Part shown: one piece after another, positions 24,333-33,182 of the stretch
Layout of the letters: every line of letters begins with the position of its first letter
Position numbering within the stretch: position 1 is the stretch's first letter
Source: Candidatus Zixiibacteriota bacterium
GTDB lineage: Bacteria; Zixibacteria; MSB-5A5; GN15; FEB-12
DNA: 33,574 nucleotides
Reading direction: 5' to 3'
Assembly (NCBI GenBank): GCA_003641415.1
Contig: QNAG01000001.1
Span: 1 to 33,574, forward strand
The notes under the pieces: generated by a model
The model's database searches: none
Seen by the model: only the letters and a program-made list of their open reading frames with translations
Told to the model about the DNA's origin: nothing
Program-made: the position numbers and the translations under genes

Positions 24333-25847
24333 ATGTCTGCACAAGCTTCGTACGATGAGCTGGTCAAGCGATGCAAAGAAATAACGCTTCTTAGTTCGAC
24401 TTCCTCGATTCTGTACTGGGATCAGCACACTTTCATGCCCGCAGGAGCGGCTGCGTTTCGCGCCGATCAAATGTCGTTATTGTCGAAATTAGTTCACACT
24501 CAGTTCACAGATCCGAAAGTGGGTGAGTTGATCTCCGATTGTGAGCAGTCTGATCTCGTTAATGATGCCGTCTCGCCTGAGGCAGCCAATATCCGTGAGC
24601 TGCGCTGGCAATACGACAAACAAACCAAATTGCCCGCTGACTTGGTCGAGGAAATCACCAAGATAACCACCTTGGCCAACCAGCATTGGGTTGATGCCCG
24701 GGCTAAGTCGGATTTCAAGATTTTCCTTCCCTGGCTGGAAAAAGTAATCGCACTGGAGAAGAAAAAGGCGGATGCCTATGGCTACGAGGGTGAACCGTAT
24801 AATGCTCTTTTGGATGACTATGAACCTGGCGCAACTGTAGACGATGTCGTCGAGGTGTTCAAGAACCTTCGCAACGAGTTGGTTGAGCTATTACAAAAAA
24901 TTAAAAACGCACCTAAAAAACCGGATGTTTCAATTGTTGAGCGCGAGTATGATGTGAAGCTGCAGAAAATTTTTGGCGAGTCAGTGGCTGCTGCGATGGG
25001 GTTTGATTTTAACACCGGACGGCTTGACACTACTACTCATCCGTTCTGCACAGGTATTGGCATTGGCGACACGCGTATTCTCACTCGTTATAACCCGAAC
25101 CGCCTCAATGATGCCCTTTTTGGTACTATGCATGAAGCTGGACACGGACTGTATGAATCCGGTATTGACAAGGCGACACACTTCGGTACTCCAATGGGCG
25201 AATCGGTCTCGCTTGGCATTCATGAGTCGCAGTCTCGCATGTGGGAAAACCAGGTAGGTCGTTCCAAACCGTTTTGGAAATACTTCTTACCACAGGCACA
25301 ACGGCTGTTCAGAAAATCCCTGGCTGGCGTTTCTCTGGATGATTTCTATGGCGCGATCAATAATGTCACGCCTTCGTATATCCGCGTCGAAGCGGACGAA
25401 GCTACCTACAATCTGCATATTCTTCTCCGCTTTGAGCTGGAGCGGGCACTTCTGACCGGCGATCTCAAACCGGCCGATGTTCCCGGCGAATGGAACAGCC
25501 GTTTCAAGAAATACTTCGGCATCGAAGTCGATAAGGACGCCAACGGTTGCCTTCAGGATGTTCACTGGTCAGCAGGATTGGTGGGGTATTTCCCGACCTA
25601 CACGCTTGGTAATCTATACAGCGCCTGTTTCTTTGATAAAGCTCGTCAGGATATGCCTGATTTGGATCAACAGTTCGAACGGGGCGAGTTACTTAATCTG
25701 CGCGAGTGGTTGCGTAACAACATCCACGTTCATGGACAGCGTTACCGTGCGGGCGATTTATGTAAGAAGGTCACCGGCAAACCGCTGGACTACAAACCTC
25801 TTATAGATTATATGACCGCCAAATACAGCGAGATTTACGGATTTTAA
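24333..25847 (+). CDS. M32 family carboxypeptidase (Taq-type metallocarboxypeptidase)
   Basis: 504 aa with all the family motifs: HPFCTG, GDTRILTRY, HEAGHGLYE (HExxH), HESQSRMWEN and IRVEADEATYNLHI. A GGAG RBS lies 8 nt upstream. Confidence 0.93.
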   Translation: MSAQASYDELVKRCKEITLLSSTSSILYWDQHTFMPAGAAAFRADQMSLLSKLVHTQFTDPKVGELISDCEQSDLVNDAVSPEAANIRELRWQYDKQTKLPADLVEEITKITTLANQHWVDARAKSDFKIFLPWLEKVIALEKKKADAYGYEGEPYNALLDDYEPGATVDDVVEVFKNLRNELVELLQKIKNAPKKPDVSIVEREYDVKLQKIFGESVAAAMGFDFNTGRLDTTTHPFCTGIGIGDTRILTRYNPNRLNDALFGTMHEAGHGLYESGIDKATHFGTPMGESVSLGIHESQSRMWENQVGRSKPFWKYFLPQAQRLFRKSLAGVSLDDFYGAINNVTPSYIRVEADEATYNLHILLRFELERALLTGDLKPADVPGEWNSRFKKYFGIEVDKDANGCLQDVHWSAGLVGYFPTYTLGNLYSACFFDKARQDMPDLDQQFERGELLNLREWLRNNIHVHGQRYRAGDLCKKVTGKPLDYKPLIDYMTAKYSEIYGF

Positions 25848-25873
25848 TATTTTTTTGAAAAATGTACTGATTA

Positions 25874-25905
25874 AAGCCGGCAGCCGTTTGGTTGCCGGTT
25901 TCTTG
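25874..25905 (+). terminator. Intrinsic terminator after the M32 carboxypeptidase gene
   Basis: A 9-bp stem pairs CCGGCAGCC (25877-25885) with GGTTGCCGG (25890-25898) and includes one G-U pair. The loop is GTTT, followed by TTTCTTGTT. It lies between convergent genes. Confidence 0.7.
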
Positions 25906-25916
25906 TTACAAAAACC

Positions 25917-27269
25917 TCAGGGCAAGTTAATCTGCAAGTCTTTTATCAGCTTTCGCAGATTAGATGAATCGACGCCAAGTTCGCGAGCTGAAGCTCTGAC
26001 ATTCTGGTGGTTACGATCCAGAATCTGAATTAAGGTTAGCTTTTTAAATTCCCGAACCCGCTCAGATAAACTCCCTTCCTGTTTGCGTCTATCGGGACCA
26101 ACACCCAGATAATCCTTAACTTCCTGGATAGTAATATAGTAGGAGGGCGAAAGGTAGATTAACGATTGAGCGGTGTCTAATAACTGGCGGACATTGCCGG
26201 GCCAGTCAAACTCTATCAGGAAATCACGTGCTGCCGGTTCAAAGACCTTCAGACCGGTACTTCCTAACTCGCAACAACGTTCCACAAAGTAATCAAGCAA
26301 TTCAGGGATGTCTTCGCGGCGATTCTTTAACGGTGGTAACTCAATCACCACACCTTTTAGCCGGAAGTACAGGTCTTCCCTGAAGAGGTTCTGTTGAACT
26401 GCTTTCTCAAGGTTGTGATGAGTGGCGCAAATCAAGCGAACATCAACCCTCAAGACTTCTGGAGACCCGATGCGTTGCATTTCACCAGTTTCGATGACTC
26501 GCAGAATTTTTGCCTGAGTAGTTATGTCCAGATCACCTATCTCATCTAAAAATACTGTCCCGCCATTAGCGTACTCGAACATCCCCTGACGGTCGGCAAC
26601 GGCCCCAGTGAATGATCCCCGCAGGTGTCCAAAAAGCTCCGATTCAACCAAGTCCGCCGCTTTATGGTTGCAGTTGAAAATAGCCAGTGGTTTATCGAAG
26701 CGATGGCTGCGTTTGTGGATGGCTCTGGCTACCAGTTCCTTGCCGGTTCCTGTCGGACCGAGTATCATCACCTTGGAATTAGTCGGTCCAATCTTTTCAA
26801 TTATCTGATAAACTTCCTGCATTAGGGAAGATGAACCTACCATTCCGTAATGTGTTCGCGCTAATTGGATAAGATCTGTCTGGTTTTTTTTGAGCTGATG
26901 AAAGATCACTGCATTTTTAACTGCTCGTTGGAGTCGTACAGGACGCTCATTCTTGCCAACGTAATCGAAAGGCTGGTAGTCTTGTTCAATCTTATTTTCG
27001 CTGTAGTCCCCCGGATACCCCGTATGGAAAATAATTGGAACTTGTGAATCTATTTTCTTAAGCTGACTGGCTGTTGCCAATCCGTCCATTTCCGCCATGC
27101 GAATATCAAGAATGATAGCATCGAAGTTGCGATTTTTCATAAGATCGGCAATGGCTTCTTGTCCGGATGAAACTAGGTGTACTTCGTAATCATCTGCAAA
27201 TGATTCGTGCATCGCCTCAAGGACCATCGGGTCGTCATCAACGATCATAATGTTGCCGAGCTTACTCAC
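25917..27269 (-). CDS. Sigma54-dependent response regulator (NtrC family: REC + AAA+ sigma54-interaction domain + Fis-type HTH)
   Basis: The REC domain contains IVDDDP...AIILDIRMAEMDG. The Walker A is GPTGTGKE, followed by ESELFGH and the sigma54-contact loop GSFTGA (a GAFTGA variant). Other motifs are FLDEIGDL, RLICATHHNL and DWPGNVRQL, and the C-terminal HTH is NVRASARELGVDSSNLRKLIK. A GTG start lies 14 nt after the kinase stop. Confidence 0.93.
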   Translation of the reverse strand: MSKLGNIMIVDDDPMVLEAMHESFADDYEVHLVSSGQEAIADLMKNRNFDAIILDIRMAEMDGLATASQLKKIDSQVPIIFHTGYPGDYSENKIEQDYQPFDYVGKNERPVRLQRAVKNAVIFHQLKKNQTDLIQLARTHYGMVGSSSLMQEVYQIIEKIGPTNSKVMILGPTGTGKELVARAIHKRSHRFDKPLAIFNCNHKAADLVESELFGHLRGSFTGAVADRQGMFEYANGGTVFLDEIGDLDITTQAKILRVIETGEMQRIGSPEVLRVDVRLICATHHNLEKAVQQNLFREDLYFRLKGVVIELPPLKNRREDIPELLDYFVERCCELGSTGLKVFEPAARDFLIEFDWPGNVRQLLDTAQSLIYLSPSYYITIQEVKDYLGVGPDRRKQEGSLSERVREFKKLTLIQILDRNHQNVRASARELGVDSSNLRKLIKDLQINLP

Positions 27270-27283
27270 TGATATCCAATAAG

Positions 27284-30200
27284 TTAAGAAGAACTTTTAC
27301 TTGCCGCTTCTATAAAGATAATAAATTCAGTGCCCTTGTCAAGGCTGGATTGAACCGTCACCTTTCCCCCATACAGTTCAACTATCTTTTTTACGATGGC
27401 AAGTCCTAAACCAGTCCCGGTATGAGGCTTTGTACTAAAGAAGGGATCAAACACTTTCGAGAGAATTTCCGCCGGGATGCCGGAACCTGTATCAGCAACC
27501 TTGATACGTATTTTTTCATCCTGCAACTCCCCTGAAATTGTAATCTGACGGTGGTCAACGTCTGTCATGGCATCCAGAGCATTGATAATAAGATTGCTGA
27601 AGACGCTGTGGATGTGTGTTTCATTGCAGAAACATAATATGTCATCAGGGATTTCTACTGAACATGTTACTCCCAGCTCTTCGATGCGATGGTTTTGTTC
27701 ATCAAGAATGCTATCAATTACATTTTTAATGTTTACAGTTTCTTTTTCCTTCTTTGATTCAAGTCGTGCGTACTCGGTAACGAGTTCTGTCATATTGATA
27801 GCGCGTTCAACAGCTTGAGAAGACATTTGTATTAACTTCTGTTGCTTTGTACGGTGATTTTCAGGAGCTCTTGTTAGCTCTTGATGCAATTTATCCAATG
27901 CTACTACCGCTGGATATAGCGAATTGCAGATTTCATGGGAGACTCCTCCTGCGATTTCTCTAATCTGGTTATAACGTATCTGATTGGTGTGTCGGGCCTC
28001 ATCCTCGGCCAGTTTTTTATCGGTGATATCAAGCACAGTGCCAAAAGCGCCAATGTAATCACCCTTATCATCGTATCGTGGAGCCACTGATACGAAAATT
28101 ATCTTTTCAACCCCTTTGGCAGTTTTAATCATGAGTTCATACGATGATGATATACCCTCTCGACGTTGTTTTGTCTGGCTTAACAGAATCTCCCTTTGGT
28201 CGTCTGATAGGTAATATAAAAGGCTTTTACCAACGACATCCTCGACAGAATCTTCGTCAAGGATATCAGCAAAGGCCGGATTGCAGAATTGAATAATTTC
28301 GTTTTCATCAACCCGGGCCAAGCCTTCCACAACCGAGTCAAAGAGTTCCCGATAGCGTTCCTCAGATGCTTCAAGTTGGTCGCGTGACTCTTTACGCTCG
28401 GTAATATCACTGATGAATCCCACGACAGCAGTGACTTCCCCTGCATCGCTTAATATAGGAGAAAGCGATATGTCATGCCAGAAGTTGCCGCCAGTTGGAA
28501 TACGTACTTTGTATTCCTCACGAACCGGTTTCTTGGTCTTAAAGATATAATGAAGAACCTTTGTCCTTTCCTTAGCTTCTTCAAGTGTACAGAAATCACG
28601 CCAGTCTTTTCCTACAAGATCGATTGCGCGGAATCCATAACGCTCTTCAAGTTCTTTTGGCATCCACACTGATAAATATGTGTTTTGTTTATCCACGACC
28701 ACAATCATCGCTTCATGAAGAGATGAGAAAATCCCGGTAAGCCTGTTTTCGTTCTCTCGCAGAGCATCCTCGGCTTCTTTGCGGTCTGAGATGTCAATAA
28801 TTACTCCCCTCAAACCTGCAGTGACACCATCACGGACGATAACTCCGGAGTAGATAAGCGCATAGAAAGTACTGCCATCCTTTCTTAGAGCTGTGTATTC
28901 GTGGTTTTCAAGGGCCCCTCCACTCAAACGCTTCTGTATACTGGCAATGATTCTGTCCTTGTCCTCGGGTACAATCAAAGACCTTATGTTGATACCTGAC
29001 TCGACATCCTCTTGATTATACCCAAACGAATCAAGCGCACTCAGGTTGGCAAATGTCACATTGCCTTCCAAGCTAATCTCGAAAACTGACTGTGGCAGCA
29101 GGTTGACCAGGTCGCGGAAGCGTTCCTCACTTACCCTCAGAGCCTTGTCTACCTTCCTGCGGTCGGAAATATCACGTATAACAACTGTGAAACCGGTCAA
29201 CTCATTGTTACCATCAAGGCGGGGGGATATTTTTGCAGCAAACCACCTTTCCTTTCCGTCCATTTTTAAGGAATAATCGATCTCTTGTACTTCGTTCGTG
29301 TTGGATACCACATCAAATGTACTTTCGAAGTTATCCGCTACCTCTGCTGGCAGCATCGCATTGTAAGATTTTCCCATGAACACTTCCGGGGGAGCATACA
29401 AACTTCTGGCATTCCGAGGTTGATAGTATTCTACAAAAACTCCCTCCCTATCAACCACGAATACCAGATCGTCCATTGAAGACAAGGTTGATTCAAATCG
29501 GGATACGCTCTGCTGCAGTTCTTTCTCCAGTGCCTTACGCTCCGTGATATCCCGTCCAATGGCAAGTATTGCTATCGGTTTGTCCTGTTCATCAAATATC
29601 AAAGAACAAGCCATAGACATTAGAAATGTAGAGCCATCCTTTCTGAGATGCCATGCCTCACCCTCCCATTCCCCCGTGCGTCTTGCCTCTTGGCCAAATG
29701 ATACAACTTCTTCTTCGAATTGCTCTTTAGTATGAAAAATAGAGAGATTTTTGCCTATCAGCTCGTCCTGGCTGTAACCGTGAGCACGAGCCCAAGACTC
29801 ATTGACATTCTGAATGTACCCGTCCATATCAACCACTGCAATCTCGTCCATAGCATAATCGAAAGCTCGACCGAGTTTAACTAACCGGTCTTCAGCTTCC
29901 TTTTGTTTTGCAATCTCATACTGAAGCTCCTTGTTCAGAGCTGACAACTCCGCCGTGCGTTCCTCGACTCGATGCTTTAGTTTACCCCGTTCCTCATGCA
30001 AAGCATCCCGCTGATGAGAGATTAGCTGATTCTTGTGTCGTATCCTCAACCATGCCACAATGAGAATTAGAATAACCAACGTTGACGGCAACAACGTGAC
30101 CAATATCAGCAACTTGGGCCGACGAATAAATACTGTGCTCCAATGTCTCTCTGACAGACCCAGTATGTAGTGAATGCGTCCACGATCTGCCGCCAACACC

Positions 30201-31621
30201 AGGCTGACTGGTCCATTCTCCGTTACTCTTTCACCAAGGCATGATCTATTGACTTGTGGTTTCGCATCAAGAGTAAGTTGAGCCAATAAACTTAGATCAT
30301 GGTCAAGCAGAAGGAGACGGCTATCGTTGGTCGTCAATAGAATCTGGCGATGGCCGTTACCGAGGATATCGGCAATCGCCAAGAGTTCAGCCTGAGATGT
30401 CAATCGGATTTTTTTAATGATATTCAGATGCTGGTTATAAACGACCAGACATTTATCAGAAAACAGGGCAATGATCTCATCCCGCCCATCATCATTAATG
30501 TCAGTTTGGATCAGGCTGTATATAATTGCATCGGTATTGGTTGGGATACTGTCAATCACTTGCCCCGACATTGATATAACCAGAAATTGAGGTCCCCGGG
30601 GAATTGAGACGCTGTCTCCGTTGGATGGAATGCCAGGGACACAAGGTACTACAACATCACGAAGGCCGTCTCCATCAAAGTCCACAACAACCGGAAGGGA
30701 ACGGGAAAAGACACCACCTACCTCATACTTCCACATGAGCTTGCCATTATGGTCTACCGCTACAACATAGGCATGTTGATCGTCCATACCGGGGCTTTTA
30801 GCCGCATTACCTTTGGAGGAAATACCGAAGACTGCTAAAGGTTCCGCTCCCTCACCGAGTGGTTCAATATAGAAGTTGCAGTTTGAGATTATCCCCGCGT
30901 GCGGAAACGCCCAAAGAGTTTCCTGTCCAAATACATCGATACACATGAGTTGGCGGGGATAAAGATCATAGCCCGTATCCACTCTCACCAACAGTTCAAT
31001 TACACCATTACGATCAATGTCGCAGTGACCCAACACGAGTCCACCACCATCCCAGCGACCGTTTCTGTCACGATCTTCACCGACAACCAGCAACTGCCGG
31101 GTCAGGCGTCCCCGATGCGGATCAAAAACCTCAAGCCAGAGAGAATCAAGGTGCGAGTATACGACTGCCACTTCGCAGACACCATCACCATTGAGGTCAA
31201 GATGGTAATCTGAGGAGATTCCGTTCGTCTTCACATTGAAATGACTGATTGCCTGTCGCTCATCGAAATCAGAATAAAATACGATTGCCGTAATGGTATC
31301 CTCAGACACCCAATTATTCTGGATGTGGTAGCCTGCCAGATTGGAACTGCCGCAGTCGGTAACATGGACAATTCGGCCAGTGATTGGAGAACCATCCGCC
31401 GACATATCCGTCACCCTCGACTGAATGACGAATCTCCACGGAAGTGAAAGAGGGTCTGTGTTGGATTTGATGAGAGAACAGCCATTTTCATCTGTACCCG
31501 GTGTACACGACAGACCAGCGATAAGCAGGGACAAAACAAACACCATCGCAGAAATAATCCGGGGAATATCATTCCGGGATATATCGCTTAAGACTCTCAA
31601 CCGCATATTTCTAAGATACAC
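27284..31621 (-). CDS. Giant sensor histidine kinase: extracytoplasmic FG-GAP/VCBS-like beta-propeller domain of about 480 aa + TM helix + coiled coil + 5 PAS/PAC modules + HisKA + HATPase_c
   Basis: 1445 aa.
- The N-terminal signal/anchor is IISAMVFVLSLLIAGLSC.
- DxDxDG-type motifs recur: DLNGDGVCEV, DIDRNGVIEL, DFDGDGLRDV, DINDDGRDEI, DILGNGHRQI.
- The TM helix is LLILVTLLPSTLVILILIVAWL.
- Five PAS units each end in DITERK, DISDRR, DISDRK, DITERK or DITDKK.
- The H-box is GGVSHEICNSL.
- The ATPase motifs are NLIINALDA, DTGSGI and GTGLGLAIVKKIVELYGG.

The track start is GTG at 31621; an ATG at 31606 is also possible. Confidence 0.9.
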   Translation of the reverse strand: MYLRNMRLRVLSDISRNDIPRIISAMVFVLSLLIAGLSCTPGTDENGCSLIKSNTDPLSLPWRFVIQSRVTDMSADGSPITGRIVHVTDCGSSNLAGYHIQNNWVSEDTITAIVFYSDFDERQAISHFNVKTNGISSDYHLDLNGDGVCEVAVVYSHLDSLWLEVFDPHRGRLTRQLLVVGEDRDRNGRWDGGGLVLGHCDIDRNGVIELLVRVDTGYDLYPRQLMCIDVFGQETLWAFPHAGIISNCNFYIEPLGEGAEPLAVFGISSKGNAAKSPGMDDQHAYVVAVDHNGKLMWKYEVGGVFSRSLPVVVDFDGDGLRDVVVPCVPGIPSNGDSVSIPRGPQFLVISMSGQVIDSIPTNTDAIIYSLIQTDINDDGRDEIIALFSDKCLVVYNQHLNIIKKIRLTSQAELLAIADILGNGHRQILLTTNDSRLLLLDHDLSLLAQLTLDAKPQVNRSCLGERVTENGPVSLVLAADRGRIHYILGLSERHWSTVFIRRPKLLILVTLLPSTLVILILIVAWLRIRHKNQLISHQRDALHEERGKLKHRVEERTAELSALNKELQYEIAKQKEAEDRLVKLGRAFDYAMDEIAVVDMDGYIQNVNESWARAHGYSQDELIGKNLSIFHTKEQFEEEVVSFGQEARRTGEWEGEAWHLRKDGSTFLMSMACSLIFDEQDKPIAILAIGRDITERKALEKELQQSVSRFESTLSSMDDLVFVVDREGVFVEYYQPRNARSLYAPPEVFMGKSYNAMLPAEVADNFESTFDVVSNTNEVQEIDYSLKMDGKERWFAAKISPRLDGNNELTGFTVVIRDISDRRKVDKALRVSEERFRDLVNLLPQSVFEISLEGNVTFANLSALDSFGYNQEDVESGINIRSLIVPEDKDRIIASIQKRLSGGALENHEYTALRKDGSTFYALIYSGVIVRDGVTAGLRGVIIDISDRKEAEDALRENENRLTGIFSSLHEAMIVVVDKQNTYLSVWMPKELEERYGFRAIDLVGKDWRDFCTLEEAKERTKVLHYIFKTKKPVREEYKVRIPTGGNFWHDISLSPILSDAGEVTAVVGFISDITERKESRDQLEASEERYRELFDSVVEGLARVDENEIIQFCNPAFADILDEDSVEDVVGKSLLYYLSDDQREILLSQTKQRREGISSSYELMIKTAKGVEKIIFVSVAPRYDDKGDYIGAFGTVLDITDKKLAEDEARHTNQIRYNQIREIAGGVSHEICNSLYPAVVALDKLHQELTRAPENHRTKQQKLIQMSSQAVERAINMTELVTEYARLESKKEKETVNIKNVIDSILDEQNHRIEELGVTCSVEIPDDILCFCNETHIHSVFSNLIINALDAMTDVDHRQITISGELQDEKIRIKVADTGSGIPAEILSKVFDPFFSTKPHTGTGLGLAIVKKIVELYGGKVTVQSSLDKGTEFIIFIEAASKSSS

Positions 31622-31747
31622 TCGCTATCACAGTTTTCAAAGAAGATAGATATCGCTATATTTATTCTGGATTGTCTTATTATTGGCAAGATGAGGATCT
31701 GCTCAATTAAAGCATGCACTTCAAGAGTATCGAGAAATTGGAGGAAA

Positions 31748-31791
31748 CCCTGTCTGTTGGGCTTGAGCACACGGGAGGGATACAGACAGGG
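31748..31791 (-). other. Perfect 10-bp inverted repeat (hairpin) between the GT-B gene and the giant kinase gene; terminator or leader structure
   Basis: CCCTGTCTGT (31748-31757) and ACAGACAGGG (31782-31791) are exact reverse complements separated by a 24-nt loop. On the minus strand the hairpin is followed by TTTCCTCCAATTTCT. A sigma70-like promoter (TTGACA 31846-31841, a 16-nt spacer, TATTTT 31824-31819) lies just upstream of it on the same strand. Confidence 0.4.
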
Positions 31792-31895
31792 CTTCTTGGG
31801 GGTCTTAATATTTTTTGTAAAATAGGCTTTTTTTGATATTTGTCAAGCTTGATTGAAGAGGCAATGCGCCTCACAAAAAACTAATTGTTTCTGAT

Positions 31896-33089
31896 TTACT
31901 TGGTAATTAAAAATTTTGCTATCTGCGAAAAACCATCAATCTTCCTGCCCCAGCCGCGTTTAGCCATCTCAAGAAGACGTCCACTGGAGTGATACCGTTT
32001 GATGTGCGTACCTAACAATCTGGCATCTATTGTTGTTCTTAGTTCTTCTCCCACACCCGATTTGACTACGAGTTCCATATTGGCGGGTGCGAATGGCCCT
32101 ATATGTGGGAAGACAGCAAACATTGGCAATCCCAAACCCATTGCCCAGTTGGTTCGTTCATGAGCCGGCGCTACCAGAAAGTCGAAGCGTTCGAATAAAT
32201 GTGCGGTCAAAATGTTCTCCTCGCGTCGGGAACGATGGAGAACGAGAAGTACCGGCGGCGTATTGTGCGGTATGGCATCAGTCCTGTCAATGATGGCCAA
32301 CTCAAATCCTGCAGCGCTGAATGCAGCTTTTACCGCTTTGGCTAACCTTCCTCCATGCCGCGCTATAACAACCACCTTATTTTCTTCCTTCACTAAACTT
32401 ATAGCAGCCGCTACTAACATGTGAGTATGCACTTGCGGCTCTGCACCGGAACTAAAGAAAGCGCCGGTTAAAGGTTTGTTACAACGGTATCGCTTAATTC
32501 GCATATCAAAGGTATCTTTGGCTTGGCGCACAAGAGCTGGCTCGATGCACAATCCTGTTATCATCATCTTTTCTGAATTGTATCCTGCGGCAATGAATTT
32601 GTCGGCGACATCGGCAGTTGGCACGAAAACTTTGTTGGCTCCAAGAACTAAGGACTCAGAAGGTGCTACTAACTCGCCATGTTGATACATAAGATTCTGC
32701 CGATCGGCAAGGATTCCAACCAAAGATGGGTGCGCAACCAGTAACGGTGTTTCATTATTGTTAAAGTGGCGAATAATATCGCGGCCCATGATAGTCATGA
32801 AGCGGTTTCTGCGATTGTAGTTGCGGTTCGAGCGGAGATGTGAATAAAGATTACCTAAAAGACCGGATGAACCGTGACTATATATCCATCGCGCTGCTTT
32901 CCAGGCTAATAGAGCCGAACCCCGTGAGAGATCAAAGACGTCAGTTTTGTTTCTTACGACAGCGATTGTTCCCTGACGGATCATGGCTTCCATGATACCG
33001 TCCAGATAGAATGGATGTCCACGACCGATATTCGTGTACAGCACGTTCAGACACAATGCTTCCGACATATTACCGTTTGCTTCGTTCAT
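31896..33089 (-). CDS. GT-B-fold glycosyltransferase-like protein (GT28/MGDG-synthase-like); assignment tentative
   Basis: 397-aa ORF. The N-terminal LYTNIGRGHPFY resembles the G-rich GxGH loop of GT28/MGDG-synthase N-domains. The C-terminal half (FFSSGAEP..., APAHERTNWAMGLGLPMFAV....PANMELVVKSGVG) resembles the donor-binding half of GT-B enzymes. That it is coding is confident; the product name is not. Confidence 0.6.
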   Translation of the reverse strand: MNEANGNMSEALCLNVLYTNIGRGHPFYLDGIMEAMIRQGTIAVVRNKTDVFDLSRGSALLAWKAARWIYSHGSSGLLGNLYSHLRSNRNYNRRNRFMTIMGRDIIRHFNNNETPLLVAHPSLVGILADRQNLMYQHGELVAPSESLVLGANKVFVPTADVADKFIAAGYNSEKMMITGLCIEPALVRQAKDTFDMRIKRYRCNKPLTGAFFSSGAEPQVHTHMLVAAAISLVKEENKVVVIARHGGRLAKAVKAAFSAAGFELAIIDRTDAIPHNTPPVLLVLHRSRREENILTAHLFERFDFLVAPAHERTNWAMGLGLPMFAVFPHIGPFAPANMELVVKSGVGEELRTTIDARLLGTHIKRYHSSGRLLEMAKRGWGRKIDGFSQIAKFLITK

Positions 33090-33182
33090 TGTACAAACAT
33101 GTCCATGTTACTGGACCATTTGTGTTAGGTTTATCCAATGATATGCTCCAAACGAACCGTTCTTCTGGAGCGTGAATTCATT

